Shown: positions 51,136 to 63,261, counted from the whole stretch's first letter. The stretch is 63,261 nucleotides of DNA, filler included, from Circinaria calcarea (GCA_051942165.1; 36 parts of 36 records of this genome joined end to end with filler, not necessarily neighbours in it); one strand, 5' to 3'. Numbers and translations: made by a program. The notes: generated by a model not told the origin, from the sequence alone.

Positions 51136-52785
51136 TTTGACACGACAGGCAGTGGTTCCAGTTCCATCACCACTGATCCTGGTGTGAGGACACCGAATCA
51201 TCGGCCAACACCATTACCCCTTACCAACGAGAATGAGTATGGCATACCGCTTGGTAAGCCGTCGGTAGATTCACCACATAGTATTCGTACAAGCTCTCCA
51301 TATGGGCCAGGAAGTTTTAACCACGATCCCGGTACTCGCCTATTACTGGACTCCACTCCTCACAACGGTCCAAAATCACATCCGATGGAAGAGGATTTCT
51401 CCGGCTCTACTGCACGTCCTGCTACAGACTCCCAAGATGAGGGCTGGGAGACTGTTCGCTCGAAACAGAAAACCAGGAAAACTCGCCGTCGATATGATCT
51501 TGGAAATTTCAGGCCCGCGCTAGCAAAAGTTGAGGTCAACAGAGGATACGCCACGGGCTCTGTCACCAAGCTACCCCACGAGCGCCGTGGTAGACTATCT
51601 AGCTCTTCAGACGCCGTAAATGCTTTGACTGCTGTTCAGCGGGCCAGCCCACCTTCCTCAGGAGACGGACGTTCGGTCTTATCACAAAGCCGCTCCCCTG
51701 CTCCTAGTCGTCCGTCATATGCAAAAGTTTTAAAGGGCCAATGGCAACGACTATCCTCCTCTCATCTAAAGAATGCGTCTGACGACACCTCCCGACCGGA
51801 GGAAGTCTTAGTCTCAACACCGGCAGTCATTTCAGAACGTGGCAGGTCCAGAGAATCAAGAAACCGATTAGAAAACGTGCAACAGCCACCGCTTAGAATG
51901 GAAAACTTTCAAAGTTCTACGAACCCGCATAGTCCCAAGATTCCCATCTCGCCACCACTTTTATCAAGTCAAAGTAGTTTAAACACGTCCACCCCTAGTC
52001 AGTCACGTTCGCCTCACCAAAGACAAAATGAAAACAACAATCACCGCTACCATTACAAACGCCCCATTATCTCTGGTCCAAATCCTGCTCCTCTACCTGT
52101 TGATCCGAGCCTTATAACAATCTCCAAACGCCCCGCGTCAGGGGGTCCACATTCACGTTCTGTTTACCGCCCTTCAGCGTCTCCTCAGACATCCCAGCAA
52201 CCAGTACACGCCTATCAATCCGCGTACCCACAATCTCCGCATCACCCATTTTCCTCTACTAATCCGCCTTCTGCGTTTTTACCCTCAGGTTACTACTCCC
52301 AGCCCACCTCCCGCGTGCACTCCCAACAATCTCACCTCTCAGCTGCCACAGAGCCGCCACCCATCTATCCTAATCCCTCATCATCTCCTTATCTCGGCCC
52401 CAGCTCTCCACGCACCAGACGTCCGGACGGTTCACCTATCCACAAATCTCTGAAAATCGGCTCTTCGTACCCAGCCGTAGCGCGTCTTTCACGAAATAAT
52501 AGCTCCAACGTTAGCGCGCATAACACAGCTTATATAGATGACCAAGAATTGCTTTCTCATACCGGAGGCTGGGCTGCAACCTCCCACCATGCATACCCCC
52601 ATTTCTCGCCTGGACCTGGAAGCAACCGCAGCGATTACTCGCCACCAGCGCCTTCGCACATGTCTCTCTCCATGTCTCGCGGTAGCTCTGGTCCCGGTAT
52701 GATGATTGACGAGGGTCATGGCCTCGGCATAGCCGAATTCGGTCCCACCAGTCACGTTCAATTTGGCCAATTCGACGAGCCAGTC
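51136..52785 (+). CDS. Ser/Pro-rich intrinsically disordered hypothetical protein (internal part)
   Basis: Frame is open across the whole 1650-bp contig. Contains GWETVRSK and SYAKVLK motifs. Confidence 0.8.
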
Positions 52786-52885
52786 NNNNNNNNNNNNNNN
52801 NNNNNNNNNNNNNNNNNNNNNNNNNNNNNTTAATTAATTAANNNNNNNNNNNNNNNNNNNNNNNNNNNNNNNNNNNNNNNNNNNN

Positions 52886-54033
52886 AATAGTTGCTTCTAC
52901 GATACCTTTGCTCGCCGCTCGTCTATCCCCACCGCATGGCGTATTATCAAAGCCGAGGATTTTGCCGTATATGGGAACTTACTCCTCTGCATCCAAGCAT
53001 TCTCGAATCGAGGAACGGAATTCACTGCGCAGAAAGCACATTAATGAGTTACTACCAACGAGGGTGTAGCTTAAGACAAGCTTACCCGTGTCAAATAAGC
53101 CTAGGAAGCGGATACGTCTTACGGGGCGACTGAAGGTATCCCTAAAGGCTGGATGGATTCAGAACTCTGATGTATACAGCATCGTTTCCTACGCTGGGCA
53201 TCTCACCTTCCAAGAACTCCAGCATCTTCTTCTTTTTTTCTTGATCCTTCGGTGTCTCGTCGCGGCGCTGCTGCCATTGAGCAAAAGCTTTCCAAGCGAA
53301 TCTCGCCTACGAATTTTCGCATTAGTCCTGATATGAATCCGAAAGGCTTCAGCTTTTCTAACCATCTCTTCGTTGCCCGCTTTTAGAAGTCCGACGTGAT
53401 CCAGCATCTCCGCGAGGAACCTAGCGGTATACGCGCCTCGACTGAAGCCGAAGAAAAAAATGTCTGCGACGCTTAGTGTATCTGGACTTGCAAATATCTT
53501 CAAGAAGCCCTTACCATCGCCCGTCGAGTAGTAGCGCATCAAGAATCTATAACCTCCCATCACATGGTCGTCAAAAGATGAGCCGATGGCAGAGGCTCTT
53601 GCTTTCTGAAACCAGGAATTCAGTCGCGCAGGTAAGGTCGTGTGCGAGAGAGATTTGGTTTTAACATAGGTCCCAATGCCCGGCTATCTTCTAATTAGCT
53701 ACCTAATCCTACATATGCTTCACTATACCGACGCATCAGCCGACAAGAGATATTCAGTTGAGCTGTCCCGTCTCCCATAGGTTGCCAACTTCTCTGGTCC
53801 GACGCTTCGCTGATCTTGCAGCTGCAATGCGGTTCATGCGAGGGTGGCATGAGACATAAATGAAAGCTTCTTCTGCTTACTTGATAGTAATGGAGCTGGT
53901 TTGGATCATTACCATCGAGCATCCCGTATATCTTAAGGATGTTGCTGTCCCCGCTGGTCCCGGAAAACTTATTGCCCGTGCCATCGAAGCAGAGGACAAA
54001 GGTCTTCCTTGCTATTGGTGGTGGACCATCCAT
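52886..54033 (-). CDS. DUF2235 / Tle1-like alpha-beta hydrolase (putative phospholipase), multi-intron, 3' truncated
   Basis: VLCFDGTGN, SNILKI, YYQ|PGIGTY, GYRFLMRYY, FGFSRGAYTARFLA, FLGLFDT|VNSV, RHAVGIDERR. Confidence 0.92.
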
Positions 54034-54663
54034 AATTGGCGTATCTCGCTTTAGGCGTTGAGTTCTCAAGGCAACCAGGAAAAGGCTCTACATAAAGACC
54101 ATATCAAACAGTTTGGTGACCGCCCGCATGTCTATATGGTTTTGGGTGGGAGAAATCTAGCCTTTTCCCCAATACAGCGTTTGGATACCACAAAAGGTTG
54201 GTTGGCTGGAAAGCCCTGAAATGTGCTTGCATATGTTGTACCATGATTGTGTCGCAAATTACCGATAGCTCAAATATCGGTCACCACATCAGTGCGAACA
54301 ACTCCGATCAGTTACTACAATGCTGCAGGTGGGGAAGGCTCTTGCAGTAGCCTGAAATATGCTCGAACTAAAGTCCGTACGAGCTGCTTGGAGAAGTAAG
54401 TCTAGTGTATGAGAGTCATCACGAGAAATGCATACCCAAGAAGAAAGCTTCACTGTCTTGGCCTGGGAACGGACTGCGCTAGATACTCTATTAGTGTCTT
54501 GGAGCAACCTCAATAGCTAGCTGATTGGCCCGTCNNNNNNNNNNNNNNNNNNNNNNNNNNNNNNNNNNNNNNNNNNNNTTAATTAATTAANNNNNNNNNN
54601 NNNNNNNNNNNNNNNNNNNNNNNNNNNNNNNNNNTACAATCTAGACTCGCTAACAACCGATAG

Positions 54664-56159
54664 CTTTCTACCTGAAGCCATCCACCGATAGTATAAAACA
54701 CTATACCACCGTTTACCTTTCAGAGCGGGGCACCGAGGCGACTCCAGCATATACACTTAGACATCCTGATCCTGCATTACCGGCTTCGAAAAACAGATAT
54801 GCCGCCGCTCTCTACGATAGTTACAATGCCGAGATATTGTTTGGAGAGGTACTGTTGATACCCGAGTGGACCCAACCGACGCTCTCTCAGGAGGAGATCA
54901 GGCAAAATGGCGGGGTCCCTCCACCCCCACAGCCAATACTGCCTGCTGAATTCACCATTCAACTCTACAACCCCGACCAACAAGTCGTGGTCAAACAACA
55001 CGCTGGATCTTGGAACTCCACCCCATACTGGGAGTTTGAGATGCCCCAGAAGACATTCAGACAGCCCTCGGCATCGGCTCTCGACCGCACGCAGAGTGAT
55101 CCGACTGCTTCGGACACCACACCCAAGATAAATTTTAAGTGGAAGAGAGACGGCAAGTTATCAAAAGATCTAATCTGCAGTCTCTCTGGGAAATCTACGA
55201 ATCCAGATGGCAGCAAAAGGAAGCATAAAGAGCCCGACATTGCAATCGCATTCTTCCACCATCAGAAAGAGGTTACTATCTACGAACCAAACCTATATCG
55301 CGTTGAAATGGAAGATCCAAAGGGCTTGGAAGTAGTTTTGCTTCTAAGTGCGGCCGTGATAAAAGATGTCTACTTTGGTCAGATGCGGGAAACATTCAAT
55401 ATAGCGGACATGCCCCGAAGAGTTAGTATTGAAACGCCACCTGGGAAATCTTGCCCCATTTTTGGAGCCTTGCCTCAAAGCAAGACCCCGGTCTCTCAGC
55501 GGCTGCCAGGCCGACACCATGAGCAAAGATCTCATGATCCTCAAGTCTCATCTCACCAAACCGACCGCCCACGTCTAAAGATCCAAACCTCGAATCCCCG
55601 ACCTCCTCCAACAGACCCACGGTCTCAATGGGAAATCGACGCTGAGACCGCGCGCCTCAAGAAGCAAGTCGAGCTTGAAGAACGCGAACGTAGACGAGCC
55701 GAACATGCCGAAACGAAGCGCCTGAAGCAGATGCTCGAGGCAGAAGAAAAAGAAGCTCGACGTAAGCGGGCCGAAATCGACAAAGAAACAGAGCGCTTGA
55801 GGAGAGAATACGCCGCTGAACACCGCCGACACGAGCAACGTACGCCTAAGCCGCATTTACCGCCGAGACACAACGCACCGCAACGGAATTCCACGCCTTC
55901 TTTGCAACAGCCTTTTCCAAGCTTCCAACCCCAGCAGCATCAGCATCAACAGTACTTTCAGCCGGCAAGGCCTTCTGGACCTTATCTGCAGCCGCCTGGA
56001 ATAAACGGAAATCCATCCTCAAGTGGGTTTTTCAATGGTCCGAGTTTGAGACCGGATGATGGAAGAAAGGTTCGGGGGAAGAGCAGCTTTTTTGGTTTAA
56101 GAAGTCGGAGCGACGATCATGGACGGCCGTTGAAGAAGAAACAAAGTTCTCTTTTTTAA
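54664..56159 (+). CDS. Conserved fungal hypothetical protein with a charged coiled-coil C-terminal region, 5' truncated
   Basis: GCTAAC..TAG acceptor, then ~500 open codons: FGEVLLIPEW, FTIQLYNPDQQV, YEPNLYRVEMEDPKGLEVVLLL, WEIDAETARL. Confidence 0.85.
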
Positions 56160-56792
56160 TGATACCCTTTGCATAGCGGCGTTGACAACTTTTACTACCT
56201 CGACATCTGGGTATAAGATGGGTGCTTGTACAAATGGGTTTTCATCCCCACAAGATTCATGACCCATGTATCAATGATTCANNNNNNNNNNNNNNNNNNN
56301 NNNNNNNNNNNNNNNNNNNNNNNNNTTAATTAATTAANNNNNNNNNNNNNNNNNNNNNNNNNNNNNNNNNNNNNNNNNNNNTATATATATTATATACACC
56401 CCGAATTTAGGATTTGAAATTGCCGTTCCGGGACGGGAAAGGGAATAGGGCCGTTTTAGAGGGAGTAGCGAGGGGGAGCAATAAGGGAGCAGAGGGGAAT
56501 ACTATGGGGCAGTGCAGGGGCGCAGCAGGTGGGAGCCTGAAATGGGTCCCCTAATCTTCGGCTTAAGCTGCCCTCGTTGTTCTAATTACCTTGAAGCCCC
56601 GCCTGCTGCCTAGATTTCGCCACCCATAAGATCCTTTAATTGTTGAAGCGTTCAGGGGATTTCCGGTAAGGCTTCCGTAACGGATTAGCCCATCGAGCCC
56701 GTTCGGCCCTGCCAAGACATCCCGGAGTAGGCAGAATCATAATGTCTCTCACTTCCTCGCGAAACCACACCTTTGATATTCCGCTATAAGGC

Positions 56793-57227
56793 ATGCCATT
56801 AAAGTGTGAACGCGCGACCGCCTTCCAATATGCAGAATTTAATACGCCTGCTCTTTACCGCTTGGTCAGTAGTCTACGCGGAGGGCAATATTGTTTTTAT
56901 AACACTTCTCAGATACCAGCATGTAGTAGCTTCAACTGGATAATCCTAATTTCGTTCCATAACAGGATAAAATAGGTACTCCGTTCCCCACGAGACGACG
57001 GTGCAATTAAGTCGGATGAAATAAACCTCTCGCTGTTGGCTAGTGAAGCCGCTACTCTTATATACATCAGGGCCAACAGTACAATCCCGGTTCCTGAAGT
57101 CTTTATATATAGGTAGATTATTCTCCTTATTCGATTTCGGAGCGGGCTAATAATCAGATAGTTGTTCTAGAGACAACGATATCGGTATTCCTTATATTCT
57201 TATAAATAAAGCTCCCCGCTCGCCTCT
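56793..57227 (+). pseudogene. APH/phosphotransferase (protein-kinase-like) pseudogene, RIP-mutated and cut by an LTR; intron 57113-57161
   Basis: (G>S)SFNW, F-H(D>N)(G>R)IK(W>*)VLRSP, SEAATL.YIRANSTIPVPEVF, NDIGIPYIL(M>I)(S>N)KAP. Confidence 0.8.
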
Positions 57228-57543
57228 TGTTATGGCGTGCCCGCCATGACATGCACTAGACCGGGTCAGGAAGGACCGCGGGCCGGAGGAACCTACACCA
57301 CCGAAAGTGCTCAGTGTGCTCATGGTGCTCATGGAGATGAGCAGAGTGAGCAGGGTGAGCAGGGTGTTATATATAGCAGGCTATTCCCGCTCTTTAGAAT
57401 AGCATGCTTATAGACCGTGTTCAATAGACTCCATACTATTGAGCCTAAGGCAATAGTTCAACTACACCCTATATAACCGTGCTATTACCAATCGAGACTT
57501 AACATATTCCTCATTAGGCCTCAAGGATTGCAGCGCCCTTACA
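57228..57543 (+). mobile_element. Complete 316-bp LTR (TG...CA)
   Basis: TGTTA...TTACA termini and an internal TATATATA box. Its 3' 213 bp are duplicated at 1-213. No target-site duplication is visible. Confidence 0.85.
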
Positions 57544-58028
57544 AAACAGAATATTATCAGGATAATTATAATATATATTAATTTAAGAAAAAAGAATCCG
57601 GATAATTTTTTAAACAGCCGAAAAAGCGAATAAGTTTTTACGCGATTCGAGTCGTCGAAAAAGAAAAATAAATTAATTATAATTAATAAATACTATTTAA
57701 GGCACAAAAAAGGTTGAAAATTTTTAAAAAAAAAATTTTCGAAAAAAATACGCTCGACGAAAATATAATCGAAGTATTAAAACAGACCTATTTATAATAA
57801 TTTTAAATTAAGAAAAAAAATTTAATAAGAAAAATTAAATCTGCAACGGAAAAAATTAAAAACTTAATTAAATAATTTTCTAAATTTAAATAAAGAATCG
57901 ATTAATTTAAAACCGTCCGATTTATTTTAAAAATTAAAAACGAAGTCTTTAATATTAATTTCTATAATATTATATAAGAAATTATATTATTAAATATAAT
58001 AACGCACCCCGTAGAATCGTGTTAAAAG
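57544..58028. repeat. Extremely AT-rich RIP-degraded relic next to the LTR
   Basis: Abrupt switch to A/T- and TpA-rich sequence with residual CG dinucleotides. Confidence 0.65.
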
Positions 58029-58570
58029 NNNNNNNNNNNNNNNNNNNNNNNNNNNNNNNNNNNNNNNNNNNNTTAATTAATTAANNNNNNNNNNNNNNNN
58101 NNNNNNNNNNNNNNNNNNNNNNNNNNNNGTTAGTGGCAACCCCTATCCCTATGGAATCCCCTATGTTTCTTACCTGCAATTTGAAATTTTTGGTGGGCAT
58201 ATCTTTTTTTTTTTTTTGGCAAATGTGGGCTTTTTTTTTTCATTTTATACTATACGTTTTGCGATTTACCCCATTTTTTTTTGGGCTATACTATTATATA
58301 CTGTCTTTAATGCTCACCGTGGGATATAGATGAGATGGGTCTCAGGATAAATTGCAATTGATCGGTAAAAACCGGTATGTCCTTTTCTATTCCAACAATG
58401 GTATGGAAGGGGTTAGTATACTGTAAGGTCAGTAGTGTAGACTAGACGATCGGGGGTCCCCGAGGTTACTCGGCTATATTGCCATTCAAATGCGTTTTGA
58501 GGAACTGGCCTGTTGCTTTTCTCGTTTTATGTATATCTAGTCTAAAAGTAATAATAGCAATCCCGTCTCA

Positions 58571-59774
58571 TCACTCCTCTTTCTCCCGACCACCCCCTTC
58601 ATATCCCCTCAAAGCCTCCTCAATCTTCCGATACGGCCAGCTAAACACCGGATACACAAACGGCCGGAGATCGAAGCGGTTATCGTCGGGCGAATACTGC
58701 TCCATATGCAGCGCCGGCGTCATCGTCGTCATCTTGTGCCGGTTGACATTGAAGCAGTGGTAGAAGAACCGGACTTTCTCGTACACCTGCCGCGGCGAGA
58801 GTTGGGGACCCCATTTCCGCACGAGGTGCTCCCACATGCCGTACGGGCCCAGTTTGTGCACTTTGCGGAGGGTGCCGAATTCGCTCAGTTCGGCATAGGT
58901 CATGCCCATGTCGGCCTCGTCCGACTGCACGTAGTTTTGCGTTCCGCGGTTGGTGATGATGGGTTCGAGTTCGGCGGTGGGGACCGCGGTGAGGAAACTT
59001 TGCAGCACGGGAAGATTGTAAGCGTCTTGGGCATAGGCAATGAAGGCCTTCAAATCGGTTTTGGAGATACCGCCAATCGGGTTGATGTCGGCGGATGACG
59101 CATCGTATTTGGTAAGGTAACCACGCAAGCATTCATCCACATTCGCGGATCCTAATACAAGCAGACCTCCTCCCCCGGGACGTTGGCGTACAGTGGGTAG
59201 CAGCTGAGCGAACAGGTATGCTATAACCATCCTCAATCGTGCTTGAATATTCTGCAGAGCCAAGTTCTCGGCCTGACTACCACCGTGAACTTTGAAACGG
59301 GGAACAAAGTTAGTTACCGCGGTGAAGAGATTGGTAAGTGCCTTCACGACCGTATCAATGTTGAGGTCCGTATGATATGCCCCTATATCTCCAGCAAGGG
59401 CTTTTGCGCGTGCTCTTGTTTCCGATGATGAATTCTCTGAGCCCATAAAGCAGGTATGGAAAATCTAGTAAGCAGAGATTAGCTCATTTGTAGATGGTCA
59501 TCAGGCTTAGAGGAAACAAACCCGCCCGCAGATTTCCTGTTCTGATGAAGGCAGCCATACGGATGCTTCGGGTTCGCCGCAGATCCGCCGGGCATCTGCA
59601 ATAACATGGGTATTGCCACCTTGAATGGCTTCTATGACCATCCTGCACATGTTGAAGACGATGACGGAGGTCGCGCAAGAGTCAATTCCCCCCGACAAGG
59701 GAATGAAGAACCCAGCCTGTTTACTCCGTCTTAGATAATCCCACAGATAAGCCCCTGCACCCAGTCCGATCTCT
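58571..59774 (-). CDS. QNS1: Glutamine-dependent NAD+ synthetase, synthetase domain, one intron, 5' truncated
   Basis: [74 protein letters not shown]. Confidence 0.96.
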
Positions 59775-59875
59775 NNNNNNNNNNNNNNNNNNNNNNNNNN
59801 NNNNNNNNNNNNNNNNNNTTAATTAATTAANNNNNNNNNNNNNNNNNNNNNNNNNNNNNNNNNNNNNNNNNNNNT

Positions 59876-61518
59876 AGCCAGGCAGTCCGGGTTTTCCTCG
59901 AACTTAAATTAGACGCGACAACACGGAGAAATGGTACCACGACATTGCACATTGCCGTAAAGAGTTTGAAGGCGGATGAAGGACTCTCGATTGTCAAGAG
60001 TTTGGTTGAGAGGGGAGCGGACGTGAATGCTGTCCAAGAGCATGGTAATACTCCACTTCATATACTTGCCAGTTCAAGGCCATTCCGGCCAGAGCAAGCG
60101 TCATGTTGCGCTTTCCTCCTAGAGAAGGGTGCACTAGTCAACATGCAAAACAAGGATGGCGACACTTCATTGCATTTGCTGTGTACTGTCAGAAAAGGCC
60201 CTTCTCTGGCAATCGCTGTCAAGTCTCTCCTTAATCACGGAGCAGCAGTAAATGTCGGAAATAAAGCTGGCTACACTTGCATAAAGATTTTGTTTCGAAA
60301 CTGGGCTAAGCTCATAGCTGATGGTCATCAGCATGCATTCGTTGGGAAGGCCCTTGTGGAAGTTGTTCATCACAGCGAAGTTAGCGAGGTGCTTGAATTG
60401 CAATACAAGGAGGGTTCATTGTGGAGTTTAGCTCTGTCTGATCACAACCAGCAGCTCATAGACAGCATGCTCGCACTTATAGAGAACAATGACAGCGAGG
60501 CTTCCAACACAGCGCGTTTTAACATGATAAAGGAAGCGTGCTTAGAGGGATGTGACTGTGCTGTATTTACGCGGCTTGTGAAAGATTCAAAAGAGATTTT
60601 TGAAGATTTCGACCACGGAGAAAAAAGAACTCTACACCTAGCATCCCAAGCAGGCCATAGCGATCTAGTCAAGATCTTGTTAAATTTGGGCTGTGACATT
60701 GATTCGCCAGTTCTCAAGACGAAGATGACGGCTTTAATGTTAGCTGCTCAAAGTGGTAGGGTTGCTGTGATCAGTGTCCTACTTGAAGCAGGGGCTAGTC
60801 AAGATGTCGTCGACTCTAATGGGTGGACTGCACTACATCATGCGTGCTATAACGGTCATCTGGAGATCATACGTATCCTAGACCATAGTTGCTTGGACCG
60901 GATGAAACAAGTTGCAACCCTTGATTTGGAACACGTTCAGTACCAAGATGTTACCTGTCTTCATTTGGCGGCTTATATGGGCCATTTCAATGTCGCCAGA
61001 TATCTCCTTAAAAACACAACATTTGGCGGTATCAATGCTACAACGAAGGAAAATTGGACACCGTTGCACCTTGCATCAGGTTGTGGGCATTTCGATATGG
61101 TATCTTTACTGCTGGAGAAGAGAGCAAATTGCACTATAACTGAAGTTACATGTGGAGGAACAGTCCTACATTGGGCTTGCTTCAATGGGCACCAGCAGAT
61201 CGTACGCCTTTTGCTCAAACAAGGGGCGGATCCTTACCAATTAGACCGTGAGGGTCGCAGTGCAGAAGTCCTTGCCTTCCAGAATCAGTATATGGATATT
61301 GTGGGCTTGTTTCAGGATTATGCCCCTGAGAATAGTAAGTACTTGTTTGGTACTGATCAGCATCGCATTCCGCTTGTCAAGTTCTAATTAGCTTCAAGGA
61401 ACCATATCGAATAGTAACGAATTGGGTGCTCTAAGCCCCGCATCAAGGCCTTACTCTAACGCCCTCCGGCACGCTATCGAAAGAGGGGACTTTGATTTCT
61501 GTCAACGTCTTCTCAATC
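59876..61518 (+). CDS. Ankyrin-repeat protein (internal fragment, about 10 or more repeats; intron after ~61334)
   Basis: Repeated T(P/A/S)LH.A...G...V..LL..GA motifs. Confidence 0.92.
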
Positions 61519-63261
61519 NNNNNNNNNNNNNNNNNNNNNNNNNNNNNNNNNNNNNNNNNNNNTTAATTAATTAANNNNNNNNNNNNNNNNNNNNNNNNNN
61601 NNNNNNNNNNNNNNNNNNCTCCCTCCCCTCCCCCGCCTTCCCACCCCAATCCTACCAGCACAATTATCAAAACGCAGCACAGGCACTTCACCGTGCCGGG
61701 TCCTCGCTTTCCACCGAGACATCCCCGACTATTTTCCCCGAGGGTTTGAGGGACGCAGACCAGGAAGCTACAGCTGCGTTGCTGATGTTGAATACGGATC
61801 GGCGGAACCCGGGCGGAGGAAGGGGTGGGGCGAGGGGAATGAGTGTTCGGGATCTGTTAAGCGCATGAGGGTGAAGAGTGCTTGCTCGCAAAAAGTTTGA
61901 CTGGGCTGGGGGTTTGGGCTTGAGCATGGTGCTGGGCAAGGAGCTGCATGTAGCTGCATGTTCTTGGTACATAGAGTTGCTTTGGCTGGCTCGGGCTAGA
62001 GCTCAAGGTAGATATGATGGTGATTCCGTAGTTTAATTTGCTATTAAGATAAGCAGATCCCATGGCATTGTCTCCGTGTTTCAGCTGTGCCCAGTACTCA
62101 TTTCCCGACACACATATACGAGCACTTAGTTGATAAACACCTATCCCAGAATCGTACAGACAGTATAGTTCAGGTCTTGTTCTCGTTCTATTCTCCCCAA
62201 CGCAGGAGCTGCTTCACCAGCAGTCCAAATACGAGTGTAGTGGCGGTATCCGAGTATCCCTCACGACTCTGCCTCCCTCGAATCAGGGTGACCTGCAAGT
62301 TTTGTGGAATATAGGGCATGCGTACCGTGGTTCGGGCCCCGTTGCAAGGGACAGCGGAAGGGATTTTTTTTGGCTTCTTGATTTTACAAAGTTGATTTTC
62401 CACGTATTGGAAATTTTTTGGGGGGTATTGGTGAATGGTTTCTGGTGCTGCTGAAATTAGTCTTAGCGCCTCTCTCGACTTCCATGATCCGCATAACTCC
62501 TTCCACTCCCATAAAGTTTGGCGGAGCTAGGTCCCGGTCAGTCTGTGTGAAGGCGTCGAGTAGGCGGATTGGATCGTCAATGTAGAACCAGAGGGTTTGG
62601 CAGCCTTGCTACATAGCGGTGATTGACATGGTGCAGGTGAGGAATGTGTAGTAGCGGTCTGTACTCTTGTTGATGGTAAAATGGTTAGACTGGGGCACGT
62701 CACTCCTGCAATGTTCAGTTAGGCATTTTAAGGGTTTGCGGAAGAAGTGTTGAAGTTAGAGGATTCCTTGACGTGGAGCTCAAAGTAAACTGAGGATGGT
62801 AGAATGGGGAGAAGGCATGGTGCTCGCGGATCGACGGCTTGTACGGCAATGCGGTGTGCGCTCAAGATTCAAAAGCTAACCAAGTTTCCTGTGAGGGTTT
62901 CCTGAAGTTGAAGGACATCGGAGGCTTTCTTTCGATGTTGATGTGCTTCGGCGCCGAACAAGACCAACGTTCAGCATCCTTCAAGTCCTCGAGTGTAAGC
63001 TGTTCACAATAGTGCATTGCAACAGAATCAACATATTTGCATACTTGGAGAATCGGCGATACCAGTGTCCCATGCGATCACACATTTCCTGGAAGTCTGG
63101 CCATCATTTGTTTGTATGGAGTATCTGATGTTCTTCGCTTGGCGTCCCCGGATTGACTAGCCAACTAGCGTGCCGTGGGGTAATTAGCGCGGTTCGATAA
63201 TGCCTCAGGAAATGGTCACTGGACCAGCCGCTGGGGGAGGATGGGGCGGTTGGTGAAACCC

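Noticed and set aside
59876..61518. NLR-like immune system linking the ankyrin gene with the HET gene
   Set aside because: They are on different contigs and no NACHT/NB-ARC domain is visible.

Overview
This window is not a contiguous locus. It is an artificial concatenation of 36 short contigs, sorted by size from 1672 bp down to 1643 bp. Each pair is separated by a 100-nt spacer (44 N + TTAATTAATTAA six-frame stop linker + 44 N), so adjacency across spacers has no biological meaning. The DNA is from a filamentous ascomycete (Pezizomycotina-type genes, short GT-AG introns with CTRAC-like branch points, RIP-like mutation); more than one organism cannot be excluded. Most contigs carry a gene fragment: HIS6/FAF1, ERG5, QNS1, glucokinase/MIC19, acuH, S-formylglutathione hydrolase, AKR, BetB-like ALDH, ClC channel, MFS transporters, P450, PTH11-like receptor, DyP peroxidase, DUF2235, and HET, ankyrin and transcription factor genes. 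The most interesting signals are in the repeats. First, a ~316-bp LTR family has three copies, two of which abut coding sequence mid-gene (a HET gene and an APH-like kinase gene), with directional RIP-type mutations that extend into the kinase gene. Second, a separate dispersed element carries a conserved terminus, subterminal ~20-bp repeats and a variable (ATGCT)n satellite; it occurs twice, once abutting a truncated LTR. Third, there is a perfect 32-bp-arm palindrome. Fourth, an exact 112-bp overlap joins two contigs into one gene. I found no convincing multi-gene novel system, and the fragmentation largely prevents seeing one.
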